Assembly (NCBI GenBank): GCA_046563655.1
Contig: JAJCTO010000009.1
Span: 434,001 to 498,000 of the forward strand
Length of the DNA stretch: 64,000 nt
From: Yuukianura sp. NJ FZ-2021
Taxonomy: Eukaryota
Direction: 5' to 3'
Each line of letters begins with the position of its first letter. Positions within the stretch are counted from its first letter, which is position 1. This document shows positions 11,101-26,100 of the stretch, in pieces. Both the position numbers and the translations under genes were made by a program. The notes below the pieces were generated by a model. That model worked only from the letters and a program-made list of their open reading frames with translations. It was not told the DNA's origin and made no database searches.

Positions 11101-14100
11101 TTCTTGTACAAGAGAACGGTGTGATCAACAAAATGTGTAATTTCTACTCATTTTCGAAAATTTGTTGAATTATAAACGGGGTTATGAACTGCTCGGCACT
11201 ATTTTCTGTTATCGTCAAAGGAAGATTATCGGTACAACGTATTTTACCACAGAGAAATCCCCGCTGCTACAAGTGGCAGCTCTGACTGACATACAAACTT
11301 ATAGTAGCCACCATTGCCTCCATGAGAAGGAGCAAACAGATATTTTGGAAGCAATCTTGTACTAGAGAACGGTTTGATCAACAAAATGTGTAATGTCTAC
11401 TCATTTTCGAAAATTTGTTGAATTAGAAACGGGGTTATGAACTGCTCGGCACTATTTTCTGTTATCGTCAAAGGAAGATTATCGGTACAACGTATTTTAC
11501 CACAGAGAAATCCCCGCTGCTACAAGTGGCAGCTCTGACTGACATGCAAACTTATAGTAGCCACCATAGCCTCCATGAGAAGGAGCAAACAGATATTTTG
11601 AAAGCAATCTTGTACTAGAGAACGGTGTGATCAACAAAATGTGTAATTTCTACTCATTTCCGAAAATTTGTTGAATTATAAACGGGGTTATGAACTGCTC
11701 GGCACTATTTTCTGTTATCGTCAAAGGAAGATTATCGGTACAACGTATTTTACCACAGAGAAATCCCCGCTGCTACAAGTGGCAGCTCTGACTGACATGC
11801 AAACTTATAGTAGCCACCATAGCCTCCATGAGAAGGAGCAAACAGATATTTTGAAAGCATTCTTGTACAAGAGAACGGTGTGATCAACAAAATGTGTAAT
11901 TTCTACTCATTTTCGAAAATTTGTTGAATTATAAACGGGGTTATGAACTGCTCGGCACTATTTTCTGTTATCGTCAAAGGAAGATTATCGGTACAACGTA
12001 TTTTACCACAGAGAAATCCCCGCTGCTACAAGTGGCAGCTCTGACTGACATACAAACTTATAGTAGCCACCATAGCCTCCATGAGAAGGAGCAAACAGAT
12101 ATTTTGAAAGCAATCTTGTACTAGAGAACGGTGTGATCAACAAAATGTGTAATTTCTACTCATTTTCGAAAATTTGTTGAATTAGAAACGGGGTTATGAA
12201 CTGCTCGGCACTCTTTCCTGTTATCGTCAAAGGAAGATTATCGGTACAACGTATTTTACCACAGAGAAATCCCCGCTGCTACAAGTGGCAGCTCTGACTG
12301 ACATGCAAACTTATAGTAGCCACCATACCCTCCATGAGAAGGAGCAAACAGATATTTTGAAAGCAATCTTGTACTAGAGAACGGTGTGATCAACAAAATG
12401 TGTAATTTCTACTCATTTTCGAAAATTTGTTGAATTAGAAACGGGGTTATGAACTGCTCGGCACTCTTTTCTGTTATCGTCGAGGGAAGATTATCGGTAC
12501 AACGTATTTTACCACAGAGAAATCCCCGCTGCTACAAGTGGCAGCTCTGACTGACATGCAAACTTATAGTAGCCACCATAGCCTCCATGAGAAGGAGCAA
12601 ACAGATATTTTGAAAGCATTCTTGTACAAGAGAACGGTGTGATCAACAAAATGTGTAATTTCCACTCATTTTCGAAAATTTGTTGAATTATAAACGGGGT
12701 TATGAACTGCTCGGCACTATTTTCTGTTATCGTCAAAGGAAGATTATCGGTACAACGTATTTTACCACAGAGAAATCCCCGCTGCTACAAGTGGCAGCTC
12801 TGACTGACATACAAACTTATAGTAGCCACCATAGCCTCCATGAGAAGGAGCAAACAGATATTTTGGAATCTTGTACTAGAGAACGGTGTGATCAACAAAA
12901 TGTGTAATTTCCACTCATTTTCGAAAATTTGTTGAATTATAAACGGGGTTATGAACTGCTCGGCACTATTTTCTGTTATCGTCAAAGGAAGATTATCGGT
13001 ACAACGTATTTTACCACAGAGAAATCCCCGCTGCTACAAGTGGCAGCTCTGACTGACATGCAAACTTATAGTAGCCACCATAGCCTCCATGAGAAGGAGC
13101 AAACAGATATTTTGAAAGCAATCTTGTACTAGAGAACGGTGTGATCAACAAAATGTGTAATCTTATAGTAGCCACCATAGCCTCCATGAGAAGGAGCAAA
13201 CAGATATTTTGAAAGCATTCCAAAATGTGTAATTTCCACTCATTTTCGAAAATTTGTTGAATTATAAACGGGGTTATGAACTGCTCGGCACTATTTTCTG
13301 TTATCGTCAAAGGAAGATTATCGGTACAACGTATTTTACCACAGAGAAATCCCCGCTGCTACAAGTGGCAGCTCTGACTGACATGCAAACTTATAGTAGC
13401 CACCATAGCCTCCATGAGAAGGAGCAAACAGATATTTTGAAAGCAATCTTGTACTAGAGAACGGTGTGATCAACAAAATGTGTAATGTCTACTCATTTTC
13501 GAAAATTTGTTGAATTAGAAACGGGGTTATGAACTGCTCGGCACTATTTTCTGTTATCGTCAAAGGAAGATTATCGGTACAACGTATTTTACCACAGAGA
13601 AATCCCCGCTGCTACAAGTGGCAGCTCTGACTGACATACAAACTTATAGTAGCCACCATAGCCTCCGTGAGAAGGAGCAAACAGATATTTTGAAAGCAAT
13701 CTTGTACTAGAGAACGGTGTGATCAACAAAATGTGTAATTTCTACTCATTTCCGAAAATTTGTTGAATTATAAACGGGGTTATGAACTGCTCGGCACTAT
13801 TTTCTGTTATCGTCAAAGGAAGATTATCGGTACAACGTATTTTACCACAGAGAAATCCCCGCTGCTACAAGTGGCAGCTCTGACTGACATGCAAACTTAT
13901 AGTAGCCACCATAGCCTCCATGAGAAGGAGCAAACAGATATTTTGAAAGCAATCTTGTACTAGAGAACGGTGTGATCAACAAAATGTGTAATGTCTACTC
14001 ATTTTCGAAAATTTGTTGAATTAGAAACGGGGTTATGAACTGCTCGGCACTCTTTTCTGTTATCGTCGAAGGAAGATTATCGGTACAACGTATTTTACCA

Positions 14101-17100
14101 CAGAGAAATCCCCGCTGCTACAAGTGGCAGCTCTGACTGACACGCAAACTTATAGTAGCCACCATACCCTCCATGAGAAGGAGCAAACAGATATTTTGGA
14201 AGCAATCTTGTACTAGAGAACGGTGTGATCAACAAAATGTGTAATTTCTACTCATTTTCGAAAATTTGTTGAATTATAAACGGGGTTATGAACTGCTCGG
14301 CACTATTTTCTGTTATCGTCAAAGGAAGATTATCGGTACAACGTATTTTACCACAGAGAAATCCCCGCTGCTACAAGTGGCAGCTCTGACTGACATGCAA
14401 ACTTATAGTAGCCACCATAGCCTCCATGAGAAGGAGCAAACAGATATTTTGAAAGCAATCTTGTACTAGAGAACGGTGTGATCAACAAAATGTGTAATGT
14501 CTACTCATTTTCGAAAATTTGTTGAATTAGAAACGGGGTTATGAACTGCTCGGCACTCTTTTCTGTTATCGTCGAAGGAAGATTATCGGTACAACGTATT
14601 TTACCACAGAGAAATCCCCGCTGCTACAAGTGGCAGCTCTGACTGACATACAAACTTATAGTAGCCACCATAGCCTCCGTGAGAAGGAGCAAACAGATAT
14701 TTTGAAAGCAATCTTGTACTAGAGAACGGTTTGATCAACAAAATGTGTAATGTCTACTCATTTTCGAAAATTTGTTGAATTATAAACAGCGCTATGAACT
14801 GCTCGGCACTCTTTCCTGTTATCGTCGATGGAAGATTATCGGTACAACGTATTTTACCACAGAGAAATCCCCGCTGCTACAAGTGGCACCTCTGAATGAC
14901 ATGCAAACTTATAGTAGGCACCATAGCCTCCGTGAGAAGGAGCAAACAGATATTTTGAAAGCAATCTTGTACTAGAGAACGGTGTGATCAACAAAATGTG
15001 TAATTTCTACTCATTTTCGAAAATTTGTTGAATTATAAACGGGGTTATGAACTGCTCGGCACTATTTTCTGTTATCGTCGAAGGAAGATTATCGGTACAA
15101 CGTATTTTACCGCAGAGAAATCCCCGCTGCTACAAGTGGCAGCTCTGACTGACATGCAAACTTATAGTAGCCACCATAGCCTCCATGAGAAGGAGCAAAC
15201 AGATATTTTGAAAGCATTCTTGTACAAGAGAACGGTGTGATCAACAAAATGTGTAATTTCCACTCATTTTCGAAAATTTGTTGAATTATAAACGGGGTTA
15301 TGAACTGCTCGGCACTATTTTCTGTTATCGTCAAAGGAAGATTATCGGTACAACGTATTTTACCACAGAGAAATCCCCGCTGCTACAAGTGGCAGCTCTG
15401 ACTGACATACAAACTTATAGTAGCCACCATAGCCTCCATGAGAAGGAGCAAACAGATATTTTGAAAGCAATCTTGTACTAGAGAACGGTGTGATCAACAA
15501 AATGTGTAATTTCTACTCATTTTCGAAAATTTGTTGAATTAGAAACGGGGTTATGAACTGCTCGGCACTCTTTTCTGTTATCGTCAAAGGAAGATTATCG
15601 GTACAACGTATTTTACCACAGAGAAATCCCCGCTGCTACAAGTGGCAGCTCTGACTGACATGCAAACTTATAGTAGCCACCATAGCCTCCATGAGAAGGA
15701 GCAAACAGATATTTTGAAAGCAATCTTGTACTAGAGAACGGTGTGATCAACAAAATGTGTAATATCTACTCATTTTCCAAAATTTGTTGAATTAGAAACG
15801 GGGTTATGAACTGCTCGGCACTCTTTTCTGTTATCGTCGAAGGAAGATTATCGGTACAACGTATTTTACCACAGAGAAATCCCCGCTGCTACAAGTGGCA
15901 GCTCTGACTGACACGCAAACTTATAGTAGCCACCATAGCCTCCATGAGAAGGAGCAAACAGATATTTTGAAAGCATTCTTGTACAAGAGAACGGTGTGAT
16001 CAACAAAATGTGTAATTTCCACTCATTTTCGAAAATTTGTTGAATTATAAACGGGGTTATGAACTGCTCGGCACTATTTTCTGTTATCGTCAAAGGAAGA
16101 TTATCGGTACAACGTATTTTACCACAGAGAAATCCCCGCTGCTACAAGTGGCAGCTCTGACTGACATGCAAACTTATAGTAGCCACCATAGCCTCCATGA
16201 GAAGGAGCAAACAGATATTTTGGAAAGCAATCTTGTACTAGAGAACGGTTTGATCAACAAAATGTGTAATGTCTACTCATTTTCGAAAATTTGTTGAATT
16301 AGAAACGGGGTTATGAACTGCTCGGCACTATTTTCTGTTATCGTCAAAGGAAGATTATCGGTACAACGTATTTTACCACAGAGAAATCCCCGCTGCTACA
16401 AGTGGCAGCTCTGACTGACATGCAAACTTATAGTAGCCACCATAGCCTCCATGAGAAGGAGCAAACAGATATTTTGAAAGCAATCTTGTACTAGAGAACG
16501 GTGTGATCAACAAAATGTGTAATTTCTACTCATTTTCGAAAATTTGTTGAATTAGAAACGGGGTTATGAACTGCTCGGCACTCTTTTCTGTTATCGTCGA
16601 GGGAAGATTATCGGTACAACGTATTTTACCACAGAGAAATCCCCGCTGCTACAAGTGGCAGCTCTGACTGACACGCAAACTTATAGTAGCCACCATAGCC
16701 TCCATGAGAAGGAGCAAACAGATATTTTGAAAGCATTCTTGTACAAGAGAACGGTGTGATCAACAAAATGTGTAATTTCCACTCATTTTCGAAAATTTGT
16801 TGAATTATAAACGGGGTTATGAACTGCTCGGCACTATTTTCTGTTATCGTCAAAGGAAGATTATCGGTACAACGTATTTTACCACAGAGAAATCCCCGCT
16901 GCTACAAGTGGCAGCTCTGACTGACATACAAACTTATAGTAGGCACCATAGCCTCCGTGAGAAGGAGCAAACAGATATTTTGGAAAGCAATCTGGTACTA
17001 GAGAACGGTGTGATCAACAAAATGTGTAATTTCTACTCATTTCCGAAAATTTGTTGAATTATAAACAGGGTTATGAACTGCTCGGCACTCTTCTCTGTTA

Positions 17101-20100
17101 TCGTCAAAGGAAGATTATCGGTACAACGTATTTTACCACAGAGAAATCCCCGCTGCTACAAGTGGCAGCTCTGACTGACATGCAAACTTATAGTAGCCAC
17201 CATACCCTCCATGAGAAGGAGCAAACAGATATTTTGGAAGCAATCTTGTACTAGAGAACGGTGTGATCAACAAAATGTGTAATTTCTACACATTTTCGAA
17301 AATTTGTTGAATTAGAAACGGGGTTATGAACTGCTCGGCACTCTTTTCTGTTATCGTCGAAGGAAGATTATCGGTACAACGTATTTTACCACAGAGAAAT
17401 CCCCGCTGCTACAAGTGGCAGCTCTGACTGACACGCAAACTTATAGTAGCCACCATAGCCTCCATGAGAAGGAGCAAACAGATATTTTGAAAGCATTCTT
17501 GTACAAGAGAACGGTGTGATCAACAAAATGTGTAATTTCCACTCATTTTCGAAAATTTGTTGAATTATAAACGGGGTTATGAACTGCTCGGCACTATTTT
17601 CTGTTATCGTCAAAGGAAGATTATCGGTACAACGTATTTTACCACAGAGAAATCCCCGCTGCTACAAGTGGCAGCTCTGACTGACATACAAACTTATAGT
17701 AGCCACCATTGCCTCCATGAGAAGGAGCAAACAGATATTTTGGAAGCAATCTTGTACTAGAGAACGGTTTGATCAACAAAATGTGTAATGTCTACTCATT
17801 TTCGAAAATTTGTTGAATTAGAAACGGGGTTATGAACTGCTCGGCACTATTTTCTGTTATCGTCAAAGGAAGATTATCGGTACAACGTATTTTACCACAG
17901 AGAAATCCCCGCTGCTACAAGTGGCAGCTCTGACTGACATGCAAACTTATAGTAGCCACCATAGCCTCCATGAGAAGGAGCAAACAGATATTTTGAAAGC
18001 ATTCTTGTACAAGAGAACGGTGTGATCAACAAAATGTGTAATTTCCACTCATTTTCGAAAATTTGTTGAATTATAAACGGGGTTATGAACTGCTCGGCAC
18101 TATTTTCTGTTATCGTCAAAGGAAGATTATCGGTACAACGTATTTTACCACAGAGAAATCCCCGCTGCTACAAGTGGCAGCTCTGACTGACATGCAAACT
18201 TATAGTAGCCACCATAGCCTCCATGAGAAGGAGCAAACAGATATTTTGAAAGCATTCTTGTACTAGAGAACGGTGTGATCAACAAAATGTGTAATGTCTA
18301 CTCATTTTCGAAAATTTGTTGAATTAGAAACGGGGTTATGAACTGCTCGGCACTATTTTCTGTTATCGTCAAAGGAAGATTATCGGTACAACGTATTTTA
18401 CCACAGAGAAATCCCCGCTGCTACAAGTGGCAGCTCTGACTGACATACAAACTTATAGTAGCCACCATTGCCTCCATGAGAAGGAGCAAACAGATATTTT
18501 GAAAGCATTCTTGTACAAGAGAACGGTGTGATCAACAAAATGTGTAATTTCCACTCATTTTCGAAAATTTGTTGAATTATAAACGGGGTTATGAACTGCT
18601 CGGCACTATTTTCTGTTATCGTCAAAGGAAGATTATCGGTACAACGTATTTTACCACAGAGAAATCCCCGCTGCTACAAGTGGCAGCTCTGACTGACATG
18701 CAAACTTATAGTAGCCACCATAGCATCCATGAGAAGGAGCAAACAGATATTTTGAAAGCATTCTTGTACAAGAGAACGGTGTGATCAACAAAATGTGTAA
18801 TTTCCACTCATTTTCGAAAATTTGTTGAATTATAAACGGGGTTATGAACTGCTCGGCACTATTTTCTGTTATCGTCAAAGGAAGATTATCGGTACAACGT
18901 ATTTTACCACAGAGAAATCCCCGCTGCTACAAGTGGCAGCTCTGACTGACATGCAAACTTATAGTAGCCACCATAGCCTCCATGAGAAGGAGCAAACAGA
19001 TATTTTGGAAGCAATCTTGTACTAGAGAACGGTTTGATCAACAAAATGTGTAATGTCTACTCATTTTCGAAAATTTGTTGAATTATAAACGGGGTTATGA
19101 ACTGCTCGGCACTATTTTCTGTTATCGTCAAAGGAAGATTATCGGTACAACGTATTTTACCACAGAGAAATCCCCGCTGCTACAAGTGGCAGCTCTGACT
19201 GACACGCAAACTTATAGTAGCCACCATAGCCTCCATGAGAAGGAGCAAACAGATATTTTGGAAGCAATCTTGTACTAGAGAACGGTGTGATCAACAAAAT
19301 GTGTAATTTCTACTCATTTCCGAAAATTTGTTGAATTAGAAACGGGGTTATGAACTGCTCGGCACTATTTTCTGTTATCGTCAAAGGAAGATTATCGGTA
19401 CAACGTATTTTACCACAGAGAAATCCCCGCTGCTACAAGTGGCAGCTCTGACTGACATACAAACTTATAGTAGCCACCATAGCCTCCATGAGAAGGAGCA
19501 AACAGATATTTTGGAAGCAATCTTGTACTAGAGAACGGTGTGATCAACAAAATGTGTAATGTCTACTCATTTTCGAAAATTTGTTGAATTAGAAACGGGG
19601 TTATGAACTGCTCGGCACTCTTTTCTGTTATCGTCGAGGGAAGATTATCGGTACAACGTATTTTACCACAGAGAAATCCCCGCTGCTACAAGTGGCAGCT
19701 CTGACTGACACGCAAACTTATAGTAGCCACCATAGCCTCCATGAGAAGGAGCAAACAGATATTTTGAAAGCAATCTTGTACTAGAGAACGGTGCGATCAA
19801 CAAAATGTGTAATTTCCACTCATTTTCGAAAATTTGTTGAATTATAAACAGCGCTATGAACTGCTCGGCACTCTTTTCTGTTATCGTCGAAGGAAGATTA
19901 TCGGTACAACGTATTTTACCACAGAGAAATCCCCGCTGCTACAAGTGGCAGCTCTGACTGACACGCAAACTTATAGTAGCCACCATAGCCTCCATGAGAA
20001 GGAGCAAACAGATATTTTGAAAGCATTCTTGTACAAGAGAACGGTGTGATCAACAAAATGTGTAATTTCCACTCATTTTCGAAAATTTGTTGAATTATAA

Positions 20101-23100
20101 ACGGGGTTATGAACTGCTCGGCACTATTTTCTGTTATCGTCAAAGGAAGATTATCGGTACAACGTATTTTACCACAGAGAAATCCCCGCTGCTACAAGTG
20201 GCAGCTCTGACTGACATACAAACTTATAGTAGCCACCATTGCCTCCATGAGAAGGAGCAAACAGATATTTTGAAAGCATTCTTGTACAAGAGAACGGTGT
20301 GATCAACAAAATGTGTAATTTCCACTCATTTTCGAAAATTTGTTGAATTATAAACGGGGTTATGAACTGCTCGGCACTATTTTCTGTTATCGTCAAAGGA
20401 AGATTATCGGTACAACGTATTTTACCACAGAGAAATCCCCGCTGCTACAAGTGGCAGCTCTGACTGACATGCAAACTTATAGTAGCCACCATAGCCTCCA
20501 TGAGAAGGAGCAAACAGATATTTTGAAAGCATTCTTGTACAAGAGAACGGTTTGATCAACAAAATGTGTAATGTCTACTCATTTTCGAAAATTTGTTGAA
20601 TTAGAAACGGGGTTATGAACTGCTCGGCACTATTTTCTGTTATCGTCAAAGGAAGATTATCGGTACAACGTATTTTACCACAGAGAAATCCCCGCTGCTA
20701 CAAGTGGCAGCTCTGACTGACATACAAACTTATAGTAGCCACCATAGCCTCCATGAGAAGGAGCAAACAGATATTTTGGAAGCAATCTTGTACTAGAGAA
20801 CGGTGTGATCAACAAAATGTGTAATTTCCACTCATTTTCGAAAATTTGTTGAATTATAAACGGGGTTATGAACTGCTCGGCACTATTTTCTGTTATCGTC
20901 AAAGGAAGATTATCGGTACAACGTATTTTACCACAGAGAAATCCCCGCTGCTACAAGTGGCAGCTCTGACTGACATGCAAACTTATAGTAGCCACCATAG
21001 CCTCCATGAGAAGGAGCAAACAGATATTTTGAAAGCATTCTTGTACAAGAGAACGGTGTGATCAACAAAATGTGTAATTTCCACTCATTTTCGAAAATTT
21101 GTTGAATTATAAACGGGGTTATGAACTGCTCGGCACTATTTTCTGTTATCGTCAAAGGAAGATTATCGGTACAACGTATTTTACCACAGAGAAATCCCCG
21201 CTGCTACAAGTGGCAGCTCTGACTGACATGCAAACTTATAGTAGCCACCATAGCCTCCATGAGAAGGAGCAAACAGATATTTTGAAAGCAATCTTGTACT
21301 AGAGAACGGTGTGATCAACAAAATGTGTAATGTCTACTCATTTTCGAAAATTTGTTGAATTAGAAACGGGGTTATGAACTGCTCGGCACTATTTTCTGTT
21401 ATCGTCAAAGGAAGATTATCGGTACAACGTATTTTACCACAGAGAAATCCCCGCTGCTACAAGTGGCAGCTCTGACTGACATACAAACTTATAGTAGCCA
21501 CCATAGCCTCCATGAGAAGGAGCAAACAGATATTTTGGAAGCAATCTTGTACTAGAGAACGGTGTGATCAACAAAATGTGTAATGTCTACTCATTTTCGA
21601 AAATTTGTTGAATTAGAAACGGGGTTATGAACTGCTCGGCACTCTTTTCTGTTATCGTCGAGGGAAGATTATCGGTACAACGTATTTTACCACAGAGAAA
21701 TCCCCGCTGCTACAAGTGGCAGCTCTGACTGACACGCAAACTTATAGTAGCCACCATAGCCTCCATGAGAAGGAGCAAACAGATATTTTGAAAGCAATCT
21801 TGTACTAGAGAACGGTGTGATCAACAAAATGTGTAATGTCTACTCATTTTCGAAAATTTGTTGAATTAGAAGCGTGGTTATGAACAGCTCGGCACTCTTT
21901 TCTGTTATCGTCGAAGGAAGATTATCGGTACAACGTATTTTACCGCAGAGAAATCCCCGCTACTACAAGTGGCAGCTCTGACTGACATACAAACTTATAG
22001 TAGCCACCATAGCCTCCATGAGAAGGAGCAAACAGATATTTTGAAAGCAATCTTGTACTAGAGAACGGTGTGATCAACAAAATGTGTAATGTCTACTCAT
22101 TTTCGAAAATTTGTTGAATTAGAAACGGGGTTATGAACTGCTCGGCACTCTTTTCTGTTATCGTCGAAGGAAGATTATCGGTACAACGTATTTTACCACA
22201 GAGAAATCCCCGCTGCTACAAGTGGCAGCTCTGACTGACATACAAACTTATAGTAGCCACCATTGCCTCCATGAGAAGGAGCAAACAGATATTTTGAAAG
22301 CATTCTTGTACAAGAGAACGGTGTGATCAACAAAATGTGTAATTTCCACTCATTTTCGAAAATTTGTTGAATTATAAACGGGGTTATGAACTGCTCGGCA
22401 CTATTTTCTGTTATCGTCAAAGGAAGATTATCGGTACAACGTATTTTACCACAGAGAAATCCCCGCTGCTACAAGTGGCAGCTCTGAGTGACATGCAAAC
22501 TTATAGTAGCCACCATAGCCTCCATGAGAAGGAGCAAACAGATATTTTGAAAGCATTCTTGTACTAGAGAACGGTTTGATCAACAAAATGTGTAATGTCT
22601 ACTCATTTTCGAAAATTTGTTGAATTAGAAACGGGGTTATGAACTGCTCGGCACTCTTTTCTGTTATCGTCGAAGGAAGATTATCGGTACAACGTATTTT
22701 ACCACAGAGAAATCCCCGCTGCTACAAGTGGCAGCTCTGACTGACACGCAAACTTATAGTAGCCACCATAGCCTCCATGAGAAGGAGCAAACAGATATTT
22801 TGAAAGCAATCTTGTACTAGAGAACGGTGTGATCAACAAAATGTGTAATGTCTACTCATTTTCGAAAATTTGTTGAATTAGAAACGGGGTTATGAACTGC
22901 TCGGCACTCTTTTCTGTTATCGTCGAAGGAAGATTATCGGTACAACGTATTTTACCACAGAGAAATCCCCGCTGCTACAAGTGGCAGCTCTGACTGACAT
23001 ACAAACTTATAGTAGCCACCATAGCCTCCATGAGAAGGAGCAAACAGATATTTTGAAAGCAATCTTGTACTAGAGAACGGTGTGATCAACAAAATGTGTA

Positions 23101-26100
23101 ATGTCTACTCATTTTCGAAAATTTGTTGAATTAGAAACGGGGTTATGAACTGCTCGGCACTATTTTCTGTTATCGTCGAAGGAAGATTATCGGTACAACG
23201 TATTTTACCGCAGAGAAATCCCCGCTGCTACAAGTGGCAGCTCTGACTGACATACAAACTTATAGTAGCCACCATTGCCTCCATGAGAAGGAGCAAACAG
23301 ATATTTTGAAAGCATTCTTGTACAAGAGAACGGTGTGATCAACAAAATGTGTAATTTCCACTCATTTTCGAAAATTTGTTGAATTATAAACGGGGTTATG
23401 AACTGCTCGGCACTATTTTCTGTTATCGTCAAAGGAAGATTATCGGTACAACGTATTTTACCACAGAGAAATCCCCGCTGCTACAAGTGGCAGCTCTGAC
23501 TGACATGCAAACTTATAGTAGCCACCATAGCCTCCATGAGAAGGAGCAAACAGATATTTTGAAAGCATTCTTGTACAAGAGAACGGTGTGATCAACAAAA
23601 TGTGTAATTTCCACTCATTTTCGAAAATTTGTTGAATTATAAACGGGGTTATGAACTGCTCGGCACTATTTTCTGTTATCGTCGAAGGAAGATTATCGGT
23701 ACAACGTATTTTACCGCAGAGAAATCCCCGCTGCTACAAGTGGCAGCTCTGACTGACATACAAACTTATAGTAGCCACCATTGCCTCCATGAGAAGGAGC
23801 AAACAGATATTTTGAAAGCATTCTTGTACAAGAGAACGGTGTGATCAACAAAATGTGTAATTTCCACTCATTTTCGAAAATTTGTTGAATTATAAACAGG
23901 GTTATGAACTGCTCGGCACTATTTTTTGTTATCGTCAATGGAAGATTATCGGTACAACGTATTTTACCACAGAGAAATCCCCGCTGCTACAAGTGGCAGC
24001 TCTGACTGACATGCAAACTTATAGTAGCCACCATAGCCTCCATGAGAAGGAGCAAACAGATATTTTGAAAGCAATCTTGTACTAGAGAACGGTGTGATCA
24101 ACAAAATGTGTAATGTCTACTCATTTTCGAAAATTTGTTGAATTATAAACGGGGTTATGAACTGCTCGGCACTCTTTTCTGTTATCGTCGAAGGAAGATT
24201 ATCGGTACAACGTATTTTACCACAGAGAAATCCCCGCTGCTACAAGTGGCAGCTCTGACTGACACGCAAACTTATAGTAGCCACCATAGCCTCCATGAGA
24301 AGGAGCAAACAGATATTTTGAAAGCAATCTTGTACTAGAGAACGGTGTGATCAACAAAATGTGTAATGTCTACTCATTTTCGAAAATTTGTTGAATTAGA
24401 AACGGGGTTATGAACTGCTCGGCACTCTTTTCTGTTATCGTCGAAGGAAGATTATCGGTACAACGTATTTTACCACAGAGAAATCCCCGCTGCTACAAGT
24501 GGCAGCTCTGACTGACATACAAACTTATAGTAGCCACCATTGCCTCCATGAGAAGGAGCAAACAGATATTTTGAAAGCATTCTTGTACAAGAGAACGGTG
24601 TGATCAACAAAATGTGTAATTTCCACTCATTTTCGAAAATTTGTTGAATTATAAACGGGGTTATGAACTGCTCGGCACTATTTTCTGTTATCGTCAAAGG
24701 AAGATTATCGGTACAACGTATTTTACCACAGAGAAATCCCCGCTGCTACAAGTGGCAGCTCTGACTGACATGCAAACTTATAGTAGCCACCATAGCATCC
24801 ATGAGAAGGAGCAAACAGATATTTTGAAAGCATTCTTGTACAAGAGAACGGTGTGATCAACAAAATGTGTAATTTCCACTCATTTTCGAAAATTTGTTGA
24901 ATTATAAACGGGGTTATGAACTGCTCGGCACTATTTTCTGTTATCGTCAAAGGAAGATTATCGGTACAACGTATTTTACCACAGAGAAATCCCCGCTGCT
25001 ACAAGTGGCAGCTCTGACTGACATGCAAACTTATAGTAGCCACCATAGCCTCCATGAGAAGGAGCAAACAGATATTTTGAAAGCAATCTTGTACTAGAGA
25101 ACGGTGTGATCAACAAAATGTGTAATGTCTACTCATTTTCGAAAATTTGTTGAATTAGAAACGGGGTTATGAACTGCTCGGCACTCTTTTCTGTTATCGT
25201 CGAAGGAAGATTATCGGTACAACGTATTTTACCACAGAGAAATCCCCGCTGCTACAAGTGGCAGCTCTGACTGACATACAAACTTATAGTAGCCACCATA
25301 GCCTCCATGAGAAGGAGCAAACAGATATTTTGAAAGCATTCTTGTACAAGAGAACGGTGTGATCAACAAAATGTGTAATTTCCACTCATTTTCGAAAATT
25401 TGTTGAATTATAAACGGGGTTATGAACTGCTCGGCACTATTTTCTGTTATCGTCAAAGGAAGATTATCGGTACAACGTATTTTACCACAGAGAAATCCCC
25501 GCTGCTACAAGTGGCAGCTCTGACTGACATGCAAACTTATAGTAGCCACCATAGCCTCCATGAGAAGGAGCAAACAGATATTTTGAAAGCAATCTTGTAC
25601 TAGAGAACGGTGTGATCAACAAAATGTGTAATTTCTACTCATTTTCGAAAATTTGTTGAATTATAAACGGGGTTATGAACTGCTCGGCACTATTTTCTGT
25701 TATCGTCAAAGGAAGATTATCGGTACAACGTATTTTACCACAGAGAAATCCCCGCTGCTACAAGTGGCAGCTCTGACTGACATGCAAACTTATAGTAGCC
25801 ACCATAGCCTCCATGAGAAGGAGCAAACAGATATTTTGGAAGCAATCTTGTACTAGACAACGGTGTGATCAACAACATGTGTAATGTCTACTCATTTTCG
25901 AAAGTTTGTTGAATTATAAACGGGGTTATGAACTGCTCGGCACTCTTTTCTGTTATCGTCGAGGGAAGATTATCGGTACAACGTATTTTACCACAGAGAA
26001 ATCCCCGCTGCTACAAGTGGCAGCTCTGACTGACATACAAACTTATAGTAGCCACCATTGCCTCCATGAGAAGGAGCAAACAGATATTTTGAAAGCAATC

